Below are positions 19,804 through 29,627 of a DNA stretch of 64,000 nt, one piece after another. The DNA is taken from contig JBFWNS010000001.1 in the NCBI GenBank assembly GCA_050250935.1, positions 512,122-576,121 of the forward strand. The letters run 5' to 3'. Within the stretch, counting starts at the first letter, position 1, and every line of letters starts with the position of its first letter. Under the pieces are notes generated by a model. It worked only from the letters and a program-made list of their open reading frames with translations, searched no databases and was not told the origin of the DNA. The translations under genes and the position numbers were made by a program. The DNA comes from Candidatus Margulisiibacteriota bacterium (GTDB lineage: Bacteria; Margulisbacteria; Marinamargulisbacteria; JBFWNS01).

Positions 19804-20567
19804 GCCGCGTTTACCCCCCGTCCTTACTGGAAAAGAAAAAAAATAAACAAGGCATTTCGGTGCTGACCGCCTACGATTGTTTAACCGCTGGGCTTTTGGA
19901 TGAAGCGGGCATCGACGTCGTGTTGGTGGGCGATTCCTTGGGCAATACCTTTGCTGGCCACGCCTCGACCTTGCCTGTCACCATGGATCAGATGATCTAT
20001 CACACCCAAGCGGTTGCCCGTGGGGTATCTCGGGCCATGGTGTTGGGGGACATGCCCTTTTTAAGTTATCAACTGAGTGCCGAAGAGGCCAAAAAAAATG
20101 CAGGTCGTTTTCTAAAAGAAGCGGGTGCCCATGCTGTAAAACTAGAAGTGGGTGTTGAAGCCGATTTTGCCGCAGTTCAAGCGGTGTTGGATTTGGGTGT
20201 TCCTGTGATGGGACATTTGGGACTGACCCCCCAACATGTTTATCGCTTGGGTGGATACAAACGGCAAGGCAAATCCGCCGAAGAAGCCCAGCGCTTGTTA
20301 ACCTGGGCCCAGCGCCTGGAAGCCATGGGGTGTTTTTCGGTTTTGGTGGAATGTATTCCCGATGCCCTTGCCGGTGATATTCGAAACGCCTTGTCCGTGC
20401 CGCTGATTGGCATTGGCTCCGGTCCCGATTGCGATGGACAGGTTTTGGTGACAGCCGATTTATTGGGATTGAATGCCAATGCCCCAGCCTTTGTGAAACC
20501 CAAGGCCAACCTTCGGAGCACTGCCCTGGAGGCGCTTCGCCACTTTCATGGCGATCTTCAATCTTGA
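19800..20567 (+). CDS. panB: 3-methyl-2-oxobutanoate hydroxymethyltransferase
   Basis: LTAYD, LVGDSLG, DMPFLSY, GHLGLTPQ, IGIGSGPDCDGQVLV. Confidence 0.96.
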   Translation: MSRVYPPSLLEKKKNKQGISVLTAYDCLTAGLLDEAGIDVVLVGDSLGNTFAGHASTLPVTMDQMIYHTQAVARGVSRAMVLGDMPFLSYQLSAEEAKKNAGRFLKEAGAHAVKLEVGVEADFAAVQAVLDLGVPVMGHLGLTPQHVYRLGGYKRQGKSAEEAQRLLTWAQRLEAMGCFSVLVECIPDALAGDIRNALSVPLIGIGSGPDCDGQVLVTADLLGLNANAPAFVKPKANLRSTALEALRHFHGDLQS

Positions 20568-20594
20568 TAGAACCATCCGTATACAGGAGTTGAT

Positions 20595-21971
20595 ATGAAC
20601 GTTCGTGTTCTGCCCTCAGTGTTGAAAACCGAAGCCACCATTGCCACCATTCCTGGGGACAAATCCATGTCTCACCGGGCGATTTTGTTGGGCTCTTTGG
20701 CCCAGGGTACCAGCACGTTTACCAATTTTTTAATGTCCGAAGATTGTTTACACACCATGGCCATTTTTCGTCACCTGGGGGTGATGATTGAGCATACCCC
20801 GGGCGTTGGCTCCTTGGCCAAGGTCAAGATTCACGGTAAAGGAATTGGGGGGCTTAAGGCCTATTCTGGGGTCTTGGATGCGGGTAATTCTGGTACCGGA
20901 ATCCGTCTCATAACTGGGGTTTTGGCGGGATTGCCCTTTACTTCTCGTATTGCGGGAGATGCTTCGATTGCCAAGCGCCCCATGATGCGGGTTATCGACC
21001 CCTTGTCCCAGATGGGGGCCACCATCACTGGGGTTTCCTCGGATGCAAAACTCGGTGAACTGTTTCCCCCGCTCACGATTGCAGGCACCCAAAAGAGTGG
21101 GCCGCTGAAGCCCATTTTTTATCGCTTGCCAGTGGCCAGTGCCCAGGTAAAGTCTGCGGTTTTATTTGCTGCTCTGTTTTGCCAAGAACCCACCACCATC
21201 GAAGAGCCCAAACCGACCCGGGATCACACCGAAAAAATGATGCGCTTGTTTGGTGCGGACATCACCGTTACCCCTGGAGCCACCGGAAAACAGATTACCT
21301 GTTCAGGCAAAAACCCTCTTCATGCCCCGCTTCAACCTTGGCGAATTCCCTCCGACATTTCTTCTGCGGCGTTTTTAATGGTTCTGGCCATGATTCGTCC
21401 CGATACCGTGGCCTGGCAGTTGAATCATGTGGGTCTTAATCCCACCCGATCGGCTATTTTGGGGGTTCTGGAAGCCATGTGTGGCGAACTGGAAACCAAG
21501 GCTGTGGCCAATGCGGCTGGGACAGAGCCTGCCGACACTGTAATAGCCCGGGGGTCCGAATTGTTTAATATTGTGGTCCCAGAACACCTCATGCCCAACC
21601 TCATCGACGAAATCCCTATTTTGGCTGTGGCCGCTATGTTTGCCAAAGACACCTTGGTGGTGCGGGGCGCCAAAGAGTTGCGGGTTAAAGAATCCGATCG
21701 CATTGCCACCATCGTGGCCATGGTTCGTGCTTTTGGCGGCGAGATTACCGAATTTGAAGATGGCTTCGAACTCAAAGGCGAAACGGAGTTTAAATCGGGT
21801 GCGGTGATCGAGTCTTTTGGCGACCACCGTATTGCCATGTCGGCCATCGTGGCGGCTTTGGGTGCAGGGGTCGAGGTCACGGTTCGGGATTGCGATTGTA
21901 TTGCCACCTCTTTTCCTAATTTTTTTGAAGTGATTGCTGCTGTTGGAGCTCGGGTTGAGCAACTCCCCTAG
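20595..21971 (+). CDS. aroA: 3-phosphoshikimate 1-carboxyvinyltransferase (class II)
   Basis: PGDKSMSHRA, GNSGTGIR, ASAQVKSA, RDHTE, ELRVKESDRI, DHRIAMS. Confidence 0.97.
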   Translation: MNVRVLPSVLKTEATIATIPGDKSMSHRAILLGSLAQGTSTFTNFLMSEDCLHTMAIFRHLGVMIEHTPGVGSLAKVKIHGKGIGGLKAYSGVLDAGNSGTGIRLITGVLAGLPFTSRIAGDASIAKRPMMRVIDPLSQMGATITGVSSDAKLGELFPPLTIAGTQKSGPLKPIFYRLPVASAQVKSAVLFAALFCQEPTTIEEPKPTRDHTEKMMRLFGADITVTPGATGKQITCSGKNPLHAPLQPWRIPSDISSAAFLMVLAMIRPDTVAWQLNHVGLNPTRSAILGVLEAMCGELETKAVANAAGTEPADTVIARGSELFNIVVPEHLMPNLIDEIPILAVAAMFAKDTLVVRGAKELRVKESDRIATIVAMVRAFGGEITEFEDGFELKGETEFKSGAVIESFGDHRIAMSAIVAALGAGVEVTVRDCDCIATSFPNFFEVIAAVGARVEQLP

Positions 21972-22617
21972 TCTCTATTTAACCCTTAATACCGCCATTG
22001 CGCCCTATGGTTTGGGCGTGGTTCGGGTGGAAGCGGGGACCCTAACCCTGCTTCAAGAACACCGCTTCCAAGCCGATCGTTTGGAACACAGCGATCTGTT
22101 GGTCCATTTGGAATCGGTGTTGGCTGCGGCAGGGGCAACCTTGGCAGATGTGGCCAAGATAGGGGTCACCACTGGGCCTGGTGGTTACACCGGGTTGCGG
22201 TTGGGGGCTACTGTAGCCAACATGCTGGCCTTGGTTCAGGGCATACCCGTTGTGGGCTGCGACACCCTGGCGGCTTTGGCCCAAACCCTAGCCGACGATA
22301 CCTTGATCTTTGCGGTTGCCCCAGGTCGCAAAAACGAAATCTGCGCGGCTGTTTTTGGCAGTCAAAATGGCAAAAAAACCCGACAAACGCCCACTTTTAT
22401 TTGGCCCATAGAAACCGCTCTAGAAAAAATCGCGGCCATCAAAACCCCGGTCACGGTGGTGGGCGGCTTTCCAGCTGGGGTGGCGGATCGGTTTTTGGCT
22501 CTTTCTGGCCCACGGGTGGTCACGACGGCTGTTTCTGCTTTGGCCTTGGCCGAATTGGCCCAGCCCGAAGCTGGTTCGGGTCAGGTTCGTCCGGTTTACG
22601 CGTATCAGGCAGTATAA
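21955..22617 (+). CDS. tsaB: tRNA threonylcarbamoyladenosine biosynthesis protein TsaB
   Basis: HSDLL and GPGGYTGLRLG motif. TTG start overlapping the aroA end. Confidence 0.85.
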   Translation: MSNSPSLYLTLNTAIAPYGLGVVRVEAGTLTLLQEHRFQADRLEHSDLLVHLESVLAAAGATLADVAKIGVTTGPGGYTGLRLGATVANMLALVQGIPVVGCDTLAALAQTLADDTLIFAVAPGRKNEICAAVFGSQNGKKTRQTPTFIWPIETALEKIAAIKTPVTVVGGFPAGVADRFLALSGPRVVTTAVSALALAELAQPEAGSGQVRPVYAYQAV

Positions 22618-22674
22618 GCGACGCCTTTTTTATGCTAGACTAAGACCCTTCATTTTTTCTAAAAGGATTTTCCC

Positions 22675-23547
22675 ATTTCTAGATTTTTTCCCCAGTTACG
22701 CCGGCAACGGTTCAAGCGGCTTGTTTTTAACTATCTGACCATTGCGGTTGGTGTGGTCTTGGCGGCCATTGGATTGAAGGGGTTTTTAATTCCCAATGGG
22801 TTTATTGATGGTGGGGTTACAGGGGTTTCGATGTTGGTGTCCGAAACCACACATTTCCCTCTTTATTACGTGATTTTTGCCATTAATCTGCCCTTTATTT
22901 TGTTGGGGTATACCCAAATTCGAAAACAGGTGGCCCTAAAAGGATTTGTGGCCATAGTGGGGTTGTCGCTGTGTTTAGCGTTGCTACCCATAGTGCCAAT
23001 CACCTTGGATAAATTATTGGCGGCTGTTTTTGGCGGAATGTTGCTTGGTGCTGGCATTGGCCTGACTCTGCGGGGTGGTGGGGTGTTGGACGGCACCGAA
23101 ATTTTGGCGATTTTATTGGATAAAAAATGGCAGATCAGTGTGGGCGATGCCATTTTGGCATTTAACGTCGTGATTTTTTCCTTAAGTGCGTGGTTGTTGG
23201 GCCTAGAAGCCGCTTTGTATTCGGTTTTAACCTATATGGCGGCTTCTAAAACCATCGATTTTTTGGTCTATGGTTTGGAAGAACACTTGGGGATTTTTAT
23301 TATCTCGTCCAAAGGGCCAGTCATCAAAGAATTGGTTCTGAAGCAAATGGGCCGTGGTGCGACCATTTTGGATGGAAAACGGGGATTTTCTGGTGAAGCC
23401 CAGGAGATTTTATATTGTGTCATTACCCGATTCGAAGTGGCCAAGCTCAAATTAATTGTTGAACGGGTGGATCCAACAGCCTTTGTTACGATGCATAAAA
23501 TCACGCATACAGTGGGTGGTATGGTTAAAAAAGGACCACTTCATTAG
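22675..23547 (+). CDS. YitT family membrane protein
   Basis: GFIDGGVTG, INLPF, GGVLDGTEI, GRGAT, DPTAF motifs. The reading frame extends 5' of GTG 22753 to an ATT located 7 nt after AAGGA. Confidence 0.88.
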   Translation: MSRFFPQLRRQRFKRLVFNYLTIAVGVVLAAIGLKGFLIPNGFIDGGVTGVSMLVSETTHFPLYYVIFAINLPFILLGYTQIRKQVALKGFVAIVGLSLCLALLPIVPITLDKLLAAVFGGMLLGAGIGLTLRGGGVLDGTEILAILLDKKWQISVGDAILAFNVVIFSLSAWLLGLEAALYSVLTYMAASKTIDFLVYGLEEHLGIFIISSKGPVIKELVLKQMGRGATILDGKRGFSGEAQEILYCVITRFEVAKLKLIVERVDPTAFVTMHKITHTVGGMVKKGPLH

Positions 23548-23559
23548 AATGAGACAATC

Positions 23560-24921
23560 ATGAATACAAAAATACAACCGCAGGATCTAGACGCCGAACA
23601 ATCGGTGCTGGGGTCCATGCTTATTTCCAAAGAGGCCATTGCCATTGTTATTGGCAAGGTTAAACAGGAACATTTTTATCGGCAGGCCAATGCCAATATT
23701 TTTCAGGCCATGTGTCAGTTGTATCAAAAAAGCGAGCCTGTGGATTTGATCACCGTTGGGGCACAGCTGAAAAAGAACAATGCTTTCGAAGAAAGTGGTG
23801 GCAGTGTCTACCTGGCCCAAGTCATCGATTCAGTCCCCACCGCTTCCAACGCCGAACATTATGCCGAAATTGTGGTGGAAAAGGCCATGCTCCGAAAGCT
23901 CATCCATGTGGGCTCGGATATTGTTAATGATGCCTTCCAAGACGATCAAGATGTGGACGATGTGCTGAATATCGCCCAAAAGAACATCATGGACATTTCC
24001 AAAGAACGGGTCAGCGATGATTTTGTTAAACTCGATTCAGTTCTCAAACAAGTGTTTGACGACATTCAAGCCGCCTACGACAGCGAAGATAAAATTTTGG
24101 GTGTTCCCACTGGGTATATCGATTTGGATACCATGACCTCTGGTTTTCAAAAAGCCGATTTGGTCATTTTGGCGGCCCGGCCTTCGATGGGAAAAACCAC
24201 TTTGGCCTTGAACTTTGCGGTTCATGCTGCCCTTAAAAAATTCCCCGTCGCCATTTTTAGTTTGGAAACGCCCAAAGAACAGATGGCGCTTCGGATGTTG
24301 TCCTCGGAAGCCAAAATCGACTCGAAACGGATGCGAACTTCCAACCTTCATGAACACGAATATCGGGGGTTGATGCATGCGATGGGGGCCTTGTCCGATT
24401 CCCCGATCTTTATCGACGATACCCCAGGGATTACCCCCATGGATCTGCGGGCCAAAACCCGTCGGTTGCAAATGGAGGCCGATATCAAGCTGATTGTGAT
24501 CGACTATTTGCAATTGATGCGCTCCTCTAAAAAGAAAGTCGAGAGCCGTTTTCAAGAGGTTTCGGACATTGTTCGCGAAGTCAAAGCCTTTGCCAAAGAA
24601 TCCAAAATTCCCATCATTGCCTTGTCCCAGCTTTCTCGGGAAGTTGAAAAAAGGGGGGACAAAAAGCCCCAACTCAGCGACCTTCGGGAATCGGGGGAAA
24701 TCGAACAAACCGCCGATTTGGTGATGTTTATTCACCGCGACGACTATTACGGTGCTGGTGGCGAAGGCCAAGCCCCTGTGGTTCCCGGTAAGGCCGAACT
24801 GATTATTTCCAAGCAACGTAACGGCCCGACGGGCAAGGTGGATTTGGTCTTTAAAAAAGACATTTCGAAATTCTTATCAGCAGAAAAAACAGCGGTGTCT
24901 TTGCCGCCGTCGTTTCAATAG
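23560..24921 (+). CDS. dnaB: Replicative DNA helicase
   Basis: AEQSVLG, AARPSMGKT, IDYLQL, LSQLSR, SDLRESGEIEQ, KQRNGPTG. Confidence 0.98.
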   Translation: MNTKIQPQDLDAEQSVLGSMLISKEAIAIVIGKVKQEHFYRQANANIFQAMCQLYQKSEPVDLITVGAQLKKNNAFEESGGSVYLAQVIDSVPTASNAEHYAEIVVEKAMLRKLIHVGSDIVNDAFQDDQDVDDVLNIAQKNIMDISKERVSDDFVKLDSVLKQVFDDIQAAYDSEDKILGVPTGYIDLDTMTSGFQKADLVILAARPSMGKTTLALNFAVHAALKKFPVAIFSLETPKEQMALRMLSSEAKIDSKRMRTSNLHEHEYRGLMHAMGALSDSPIFIDDTPGITPMDLRAKTRRLQMEADIKLIVIDYLQLMRSSKKKVESRFQEVSDIVREVKAFAKESKIPIIALSQLSREVEKRGDKKPQLSDLRESGEIEQTADLVMFIHRDDYYGAGGEGQAPVVPGKAELIISKQRNGPTGKVDLVFKKDISKFLSAEKTAVSLPPSFQ

Positions 24922-24931
24922 GGGAAGCTCT

Positions 24932-26452
24932 TTGAACAAGCGGTTTTGGGCGGTTGTGCTGATGGTGTTGGGGATGATGGGTCCCTTGGTTGCTCAAATG
25001 GATGCCCCCCTGACGATTGAAGCCGATACCATTGTCTATGACCGGTCAGAGCACCTTCTGACGGCCTCGGACAATGTTCAGGTGTTTTACGACGACAATC
25101 AGGTATTTGGGGATGCCTTCCAATTCGACTATGAAAACGAGTTGTTGTGGTTTCCCAAAACCATGACGATCTCCCAACAAAACAGCCGGGTCCAAGTGAC
25201 GAATTTAAGTTATTCCATGAAGACCTACGAAGGCGCAGCCGATAGCATCGAGGGCAAATTAGATCGGCTCATCATCAAAGGGGGGGCGATTGCCTTTACC
25301 CCCGAATTTATCACCATTGCCAGTCCTTCTTTTACCACCTGCGATTTGCCAGACAACAAACACTATTATTTGGAATCCCGAAAAATGATTTTGTACCCCC
25401 AATGGGGGTTTATGGTGGCTTTTGACAATACCTTGCATACCCCAGTTCTTCCCTTTCCTTTCTGGGTTCCGACCTATATCTATGGGTCCAAGCGCTATAG
25501 TTTGTTGGCGTCTGCCAGCCCGATTCCCGATGTGGGCTCCAATGCCAGAGAAGGGGGGTATGTTAAACAAAAAATAGCCTATTTCTTTGACAACCGCTCC
25601 AATGGGACTTTGGATCTGGGCTATACCCAAAATCAGACCTGGTATTTTGGGTTTAATCATGGCCAGTTGTTAACCGAAAACCAGGCGCTTAATCTTCGCT
25701 GGCACTATTTGGGCTACGATGGAACTGAAGGTGCTTTGGTGTATTCCATCAATTTAAATACAGTGCCAACGACAGGCAAAAAAAACCTGTTTGGTTCCCT
25801 GTTTTCGTCGTTAAACGAAGACGCTTTTCGCCTATCACGCTTAAGCTTGCAGGCCATTTATCGGGAATTGAATAACGATTCTCGTGTCAGCTATTGGCCT
25901 CAAGCCCAGTTGGATTTGAACCGGGTCGAATTGGGCAATTCTGAGATTTTTTGGACCAATACCTTTTTGGTTGGCCAGTTGCAAGAAGAAACCCCTCAAA
26001 GAGCCATTATTCGATCGTCACGCAAGGGTTCCGATACCAATTTCCACAAACAGTTGTTCAAAGATGCAACTTGGGGCGCTACGGCCGATCTGAATTATTA
26101 TGGGTATTGGTACGATGCCTCCGATTGGCAGCGACTGTTTGGTCGGGTGGGCTTTGATTGGTATTGGCCGGTTCTGAATCCCAGGGTGTCCTATTCCAAG
26201 CGTTTGGGGTTGGGGGGAATGTCTCCGTTTGAATTCGAGAATAAATATGCCCAAGTGGGGGATGAAATTGGGTTTGGTGTGTCCCACGATTTTGGGACTA
26301 TTGGGGTTTTTTCAGAAGGCGACTACAGTTTGGATGACAAGGTTTTTCGAAATTTTGATGTCGGGGTCAAATTGACCGATCATTGTTGGCGGACCATTGT
26401 GCGCTGGAAGATGCAGCAAGCGCAGTTTCAATTTGGGGTAGAGCTGTTTTGA
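24932..26452 (+). CDS. LptD/OstA-like outer-membrane protein
   Basis: Signal peptide, IEADTIVYD beta-jellyroll start, FTTCD motif, beta-strand-rich C-terminus ending in Phe. Confidence 0.7.
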   Translation: MNKRFWAVVLMVLGMMGPLVAQMDAPLTIEADTIVYDRSEHLLTASDNVQVFYDDNQVFGDAFQFDYENELLWFPKTMTISQQNSRVQVTNLSYSMKTYEGAADSIEGKLDRLIIKGGAIAFTPEFITIASPSFTTCDLPDNKHYYLESRKMILYPQWGFMVAFDNTLHTPVLPFPFWVPTYIYGSKRYSLLASASPIPDVGSNAREGGYVKQKIAYFFDNRSNGTLDLGYTQNQTWYFGFNHGQLLTENQALNLRWHYLGYDGTEGALVYSINLNTVPTTGKKNLFGSLFSSLNEDAFRLSRLSLQAIYRELNNDSRVSYWPQAQLDLNRVELGNSEIFWTNTFLVGQLQEETPQRAIIRSSRKGSDTNFHKQLFKDATWGATADLNYYGYWYDASDWQRLFGRVGFDWYWPVLNPRVSYSKRLGLGGMSPFEFENKYAQVGDEIGFGVSHDFGTIGVFSEGDYSLDDKVFRNFDVGVKLTDHCWRTIVRWKMQQAQFQFGVELF

Positions 26453-27846
26453 ACCGGTTTTATCAGACCCTCATTCATCCCAATCCCACCGAAGCCGACC
26501 TTCAAGCGGTTTGGGATGCTTTGGGTGTTGCTGGCGATTTGGCCCTTTTTGCCGAGCTTCGCCGCCATATTTTTGCCCTTATCGATGCCAGCCGCGACTT
26601 GATGTTTACCGAGGCTTTTGGGTTTGGCCCTTTTGCCTTGACCGATATTTTGGATTTCCTCTTTACCGAATCGGTGTTTGAATTTAGTCTAAACCGCCGC
26701 AAACAGGCGCATGTTCTCTATGGTTTGGCCCATGCCAAACTTCGGCGCTCCTTGCTGAATGGGTTGCCGAAACCTGTTCGCCGGGCGGTGATGTTTCAAA
26801 AATGTGCCCATTTTGGGTTGTTTAAAAAAATCGCCGATTATTTGGTGGATTCTGGGGTCATTCCAGACCCGTCTCTGTTTCAAGTTGATTGGGTGACAGA
26901 CCTGACCGATGTGGGCATGGGGCATTCCGTATACCGGGTTTCTTTGGCTGTTGGCGAGGTTCAGACCGATATTATTGTAAAGCGCGAAAATCTGGTGAAT
27001 CAGACCTTTTTTTGTGAGTTGTTGCCTCAATTGGGATTGCCCAGTTTTTTTGCCAAACATGTCCACGATGCCCAAGGCCAAATGTGGGAACTCACAGAAT
27101 GTCTCGGCGATTGCCTTCTGACCAGCCTGATCGACGAACAAGGCCTTTTGCCGGGTGTTCTCGAGCAATTGGCCAACCATGCGGCCTTGGGCGATGTCTT
27201 TGGCCGCGGCGATCGCCATGGCGAAAACTATATGGTTCGAAACGACCAGATTTTGCCCATTGATATTTCGTTTTTATTCGCAGACGACAATGAATTTTGG
27301 ACCGAAAAATACATTCAAGGCGGGGTTTATGAGTTCAGTTGTATTCCTTTTGGGTCTTTTGAAACGGTTTTGGCCCAAATGACCACGTTTTTTAGGGGTT
27401 ACGATGCCTTTTTTGCGAAGCTTCAGTCCCAGCAATCCCACTTAATTACAGCCATCAATGCCTTTTATGGCAACAATTCCCACACCCACCACAAGCGGGC
27501 TTTTCTTAAAGAGCGCCTCGTGGCCTCCTTTCCCATTGAACAACGGCGTCGTTATATTCGCGCTTGGGGCGAGTTGTGTGAACGGCGTTTTTACAAAGCT
27601 GCGCTTAAAACCCTGGCGTCGTTATGGCCCGATTCGGTTTGGCAAGAGCCATGGCTTAAGATGTATTATTTGGCCGACGATCAACGTCCTTCCGCGTTTT
27701 TTCTGATTGAAGATCAACAAGAACCCATTTTTGAAAAGATCCGAGCGCAGATGACCCTTTATGGGTTGGATATCACCGCTTTGGATGCCCAGTTGGCCGA
27801 AGCCAAGGTCCTAACCCAAGCACTGCAGGATGCTTTATCGGCCTAG
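26449..27846 (+). CDS. Hypothetical protein with PI3/PI4-kinase-like (HipA/CtkA/LanM-type) catalytic motif
   Basis: GMGHSVYRV..IIVK and GDRHGENY...LPIDISFLF. TTG start overlaps the upstream TGA. Confidence 0.6.
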   Translation: MNRFYQTLIHPNPTEADLQAVWDALGVAGDLALFAELRRHIFALIDASRDLMFTEAFGFGPFALTDILDFLFTESVFEFSLNRRKQAHVLYGLAHAKLRRSLLNGLPKPVRRAVMFQKCAHFGLFKKIADYLVDSGVIPDPSLFQVDWVTDLTDVGMGHSVYRVSLAVGEVQTDIIVKRENLVNQTFFCELLPQLGLPSFFAKHVHDAQGQMWELTECLGDCLLTSLIDEQGLLPGVLEQLANHAALGDVFGRGDRHGENYMVRNDQILPIDISFLFADDNEFWTEKYIQGGVYEFSCIPFGSFETVLAQMTTFFRGYDAFFAKLQSQQSHLITAINAFYGNNSHTHHKRAFLKERLVASFPIEQRRRYIRAWGELCERRFYKAALKTLASLWPDSVWQEPWLKMYYLADDQRPSAFFLIEDQQEPIFEKIRAQMTLYGLDITALDAQLAEAKVLTQALQDALSA

Positions 27847-28263
27847 CTGAACGGTTTGCCCGACCTGAAGGTGAAGCTGTTTGGCCAATCCCCCTTGGAT
27901 CTCGAGTACATAGCGGGCATTGGCCGACGGAAAAATAGGGGTTTCATCCAGGGGTTTTGCCCCGTGTTTAATACTGACAATCTTGGACTGATCGTCGATC
28001 CAAAGCATGTCCAAGGAAATCAGGGTGTCTTTCATCCAAAAGGGATAAAACCCAGGGGCCTCAAAAACAAAGAGCATGCCCTTGTTTTTGGCTAAAGATT
28101 TTCGATTCATCAGGCCTTGGGCCCGTTCGGCACTCGTTTGGGCCAATTCGACAGCAAAGACCTGGCGGCCTACCGTCACTGTTTTGATGTCGCTGGCCTT
28201 GACCAGGGTTCCCCAGGCCAAGACCCCCATCAAAACAAGGGCGACAACATGCTTTTTGAACAA
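27835..28263 (-). CDS. DUF192 family exported protein
   Basis: VELAQTSAERAQGLMNR, GMLFVF, FWMKDTLISLDMLW, YVLEI. Confidence 0.9.
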   Translation of the reverse strand: MFKKHVVALVLMGVLAWGTLVKASDIKTVTVGRQVFAVELAQTSAERAQGLMNRKSLAKNKGMLFVFEAPGFYPFWMKDTLISLDMLWIDDQSKIVSIKHGAKPLDETPIFPSANARYVLEIQGGLAKQLHLQVGQTVQLGR

Positions 28264-28269
28264 CGCTAT

Positions 28270-28662
28270 TTAGGCTGTTTTTTTACGGGTAGAAGCGGCT
28301 TTAGCAGCTGGTTTTTTGGCGGCTGTTTTGGCTGCAGGTTTTGCGGCAGCTTTGGGCTTGGCAGCAGCTTTTGCAGGTTTTGCTTCAGCAGTTGCGGGGG
28401 CAGCGGCGGTGGTGTTCAATTTTTTAGCCAGGCGAGATTTTTTTCTGGCTGCGGTGTTTTTGTGAATAACCCCTTTTGCAGCTGTTTTATCGATGGTTTT
28501 CAAGGCGGCTTTGGTTAATTCTGCTTTGGTTTCTGCATCGGTTTCGATGGCAGAGGCTGCTTTTTTAACAACGGTTTTCATTTTGCTTTTCAAAGCGACG
28601 TTGCGGTCGTGGTTGCGCTTTGTTCTTAAAATGTCTTTTTTTGAAGATTTAATATTGGCCAA
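28270..28662 (-). CDS. rpsT: 30S ribosomal protein S20 with Ala/Lys-rich C-terminal tail
   Basis: ANIKSSKK, KGVIHKNTAARKKSRL. TTG start at 28662 after GGGAG. Confidence 0.93.
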   Translation of the reverse strand: MANIKSSKKDILRTKRNHDRNVALKSKMKTVVKKAASAIETDAETKAELTKAALKTIDKTAAKGVIHKNTAARKKSRLAKKLNTTAAAPATAEAKPAKAAAKPKAAAKPAAKTAAKKPAAKAASTRKKTA

Positions 28663-28754
28663 GGTAAAACTCCCATGTTGGTCGTGATTTGACACCCTAC
28701 CTGCGTCTAAGCTAGGATGATGCGAACTCAAATCTTAGCTCACCCTTAAAAACG

Positions 28755-29627
28755 ATGTCAATCTCTGATTGGTTCGCCAAGCGCGAAAAAACGAACGAAG
28801 CGAGCGAAAAGCTCAACATACCTGGAAATCTTTGGATCAAATGTGATGGTTGTTCCGAGGTCTTGTATACCAAAGATCTCGAGGAAAATGCCAAAACATG
28901 TCCCAAATGTAACCACCATTTCCGCATCTCCCCCGATGAGCGGATTGCGGCAATCTTCGACCCAGACTCTTTTACCGAAGTGGCCAGCCACATTCGGCCG
29001 GTCGACTTTTTATTGTTTGAAGATACCGAACCTTATAGTGTTCGAATTAAAAAAGCTCAGAAAAAAACCAACCGCAACGATGCCGTTATCATCGGCCAAG
29101 CCGCGCTTAAAAAAAGACCGGTTAACGTTGGGGTGATGGATTTTGGCTATATGGGTGGGTCCATGGGCTCTGTGGTTGGGGAAAAATTAACCCAACTGAT
29201 CGAAATGGGGGTTGAAAATCAAAACCCGGTTATCATCTTCACGTCTTCGGGCGGTGCACGGATGCAAGAGAGTATTTTAAGTTTGATGCAAATGGCCAAA
29301 ACCAGCGGGGCCCTTTATAAATTGGGCCAAGCACGGGTTCCCTATATTTCGGTTCTGTGCGATCCCACAACGGGTGGAACTTCGGCCAGCTTTGCCATGT
29401 TGGGCGACATTAATTTGGCCGAACCGGGTGCCCTGATCTCTTTTGCAGGCCCCCGTGTTATTGAGCAAACCATTCGTCAAAAACTTCCCGATGGCTTTCA
29501 GCGCAGTGAATTTTTGCTCGAGCATGGCATGGTGGACCGAGTGGTGCATCGAAAAGAGCTTCGTCAAACCCTATACACCCTTATTTCTATTCTAGATCCC
29601 AGAGAATCAGGCACAAAAGACCTATGA
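28755..29627 (+). CDS. accD: Acetyl-CoA carboxylase carboxyltransferase beta
   Basis: LWIKC..C zinc finger, GGSMGSVVGE, SGGARMQE, FAGPRVIEQT. Confidence 0.97.
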   Translation: MSISDWFAKREKTNEASEKLNIPGNLWIKCDGCSEVLYTKDLEENAKTCPKCNHHFRISPDERIAAIFDPDSFTEVASHIRPVDFLLFEDTEPYSVRIKKAQKKTNRNDAVIIGQAALKKRPVNVGVMDFGYMGGSMGSVVGEKLTQLIEMGVENQNPVIIFTSSGGARMQESILSLMQMAKTSGALYKLGQARVPYISVLCDPTTGGTSASFAMLGDINLAEPGALISFAGPRVIEQTIRQKLPDGFQRSEFLLEHGMVDRVVHRKELRQTLYTLISILDPRESGTKDL

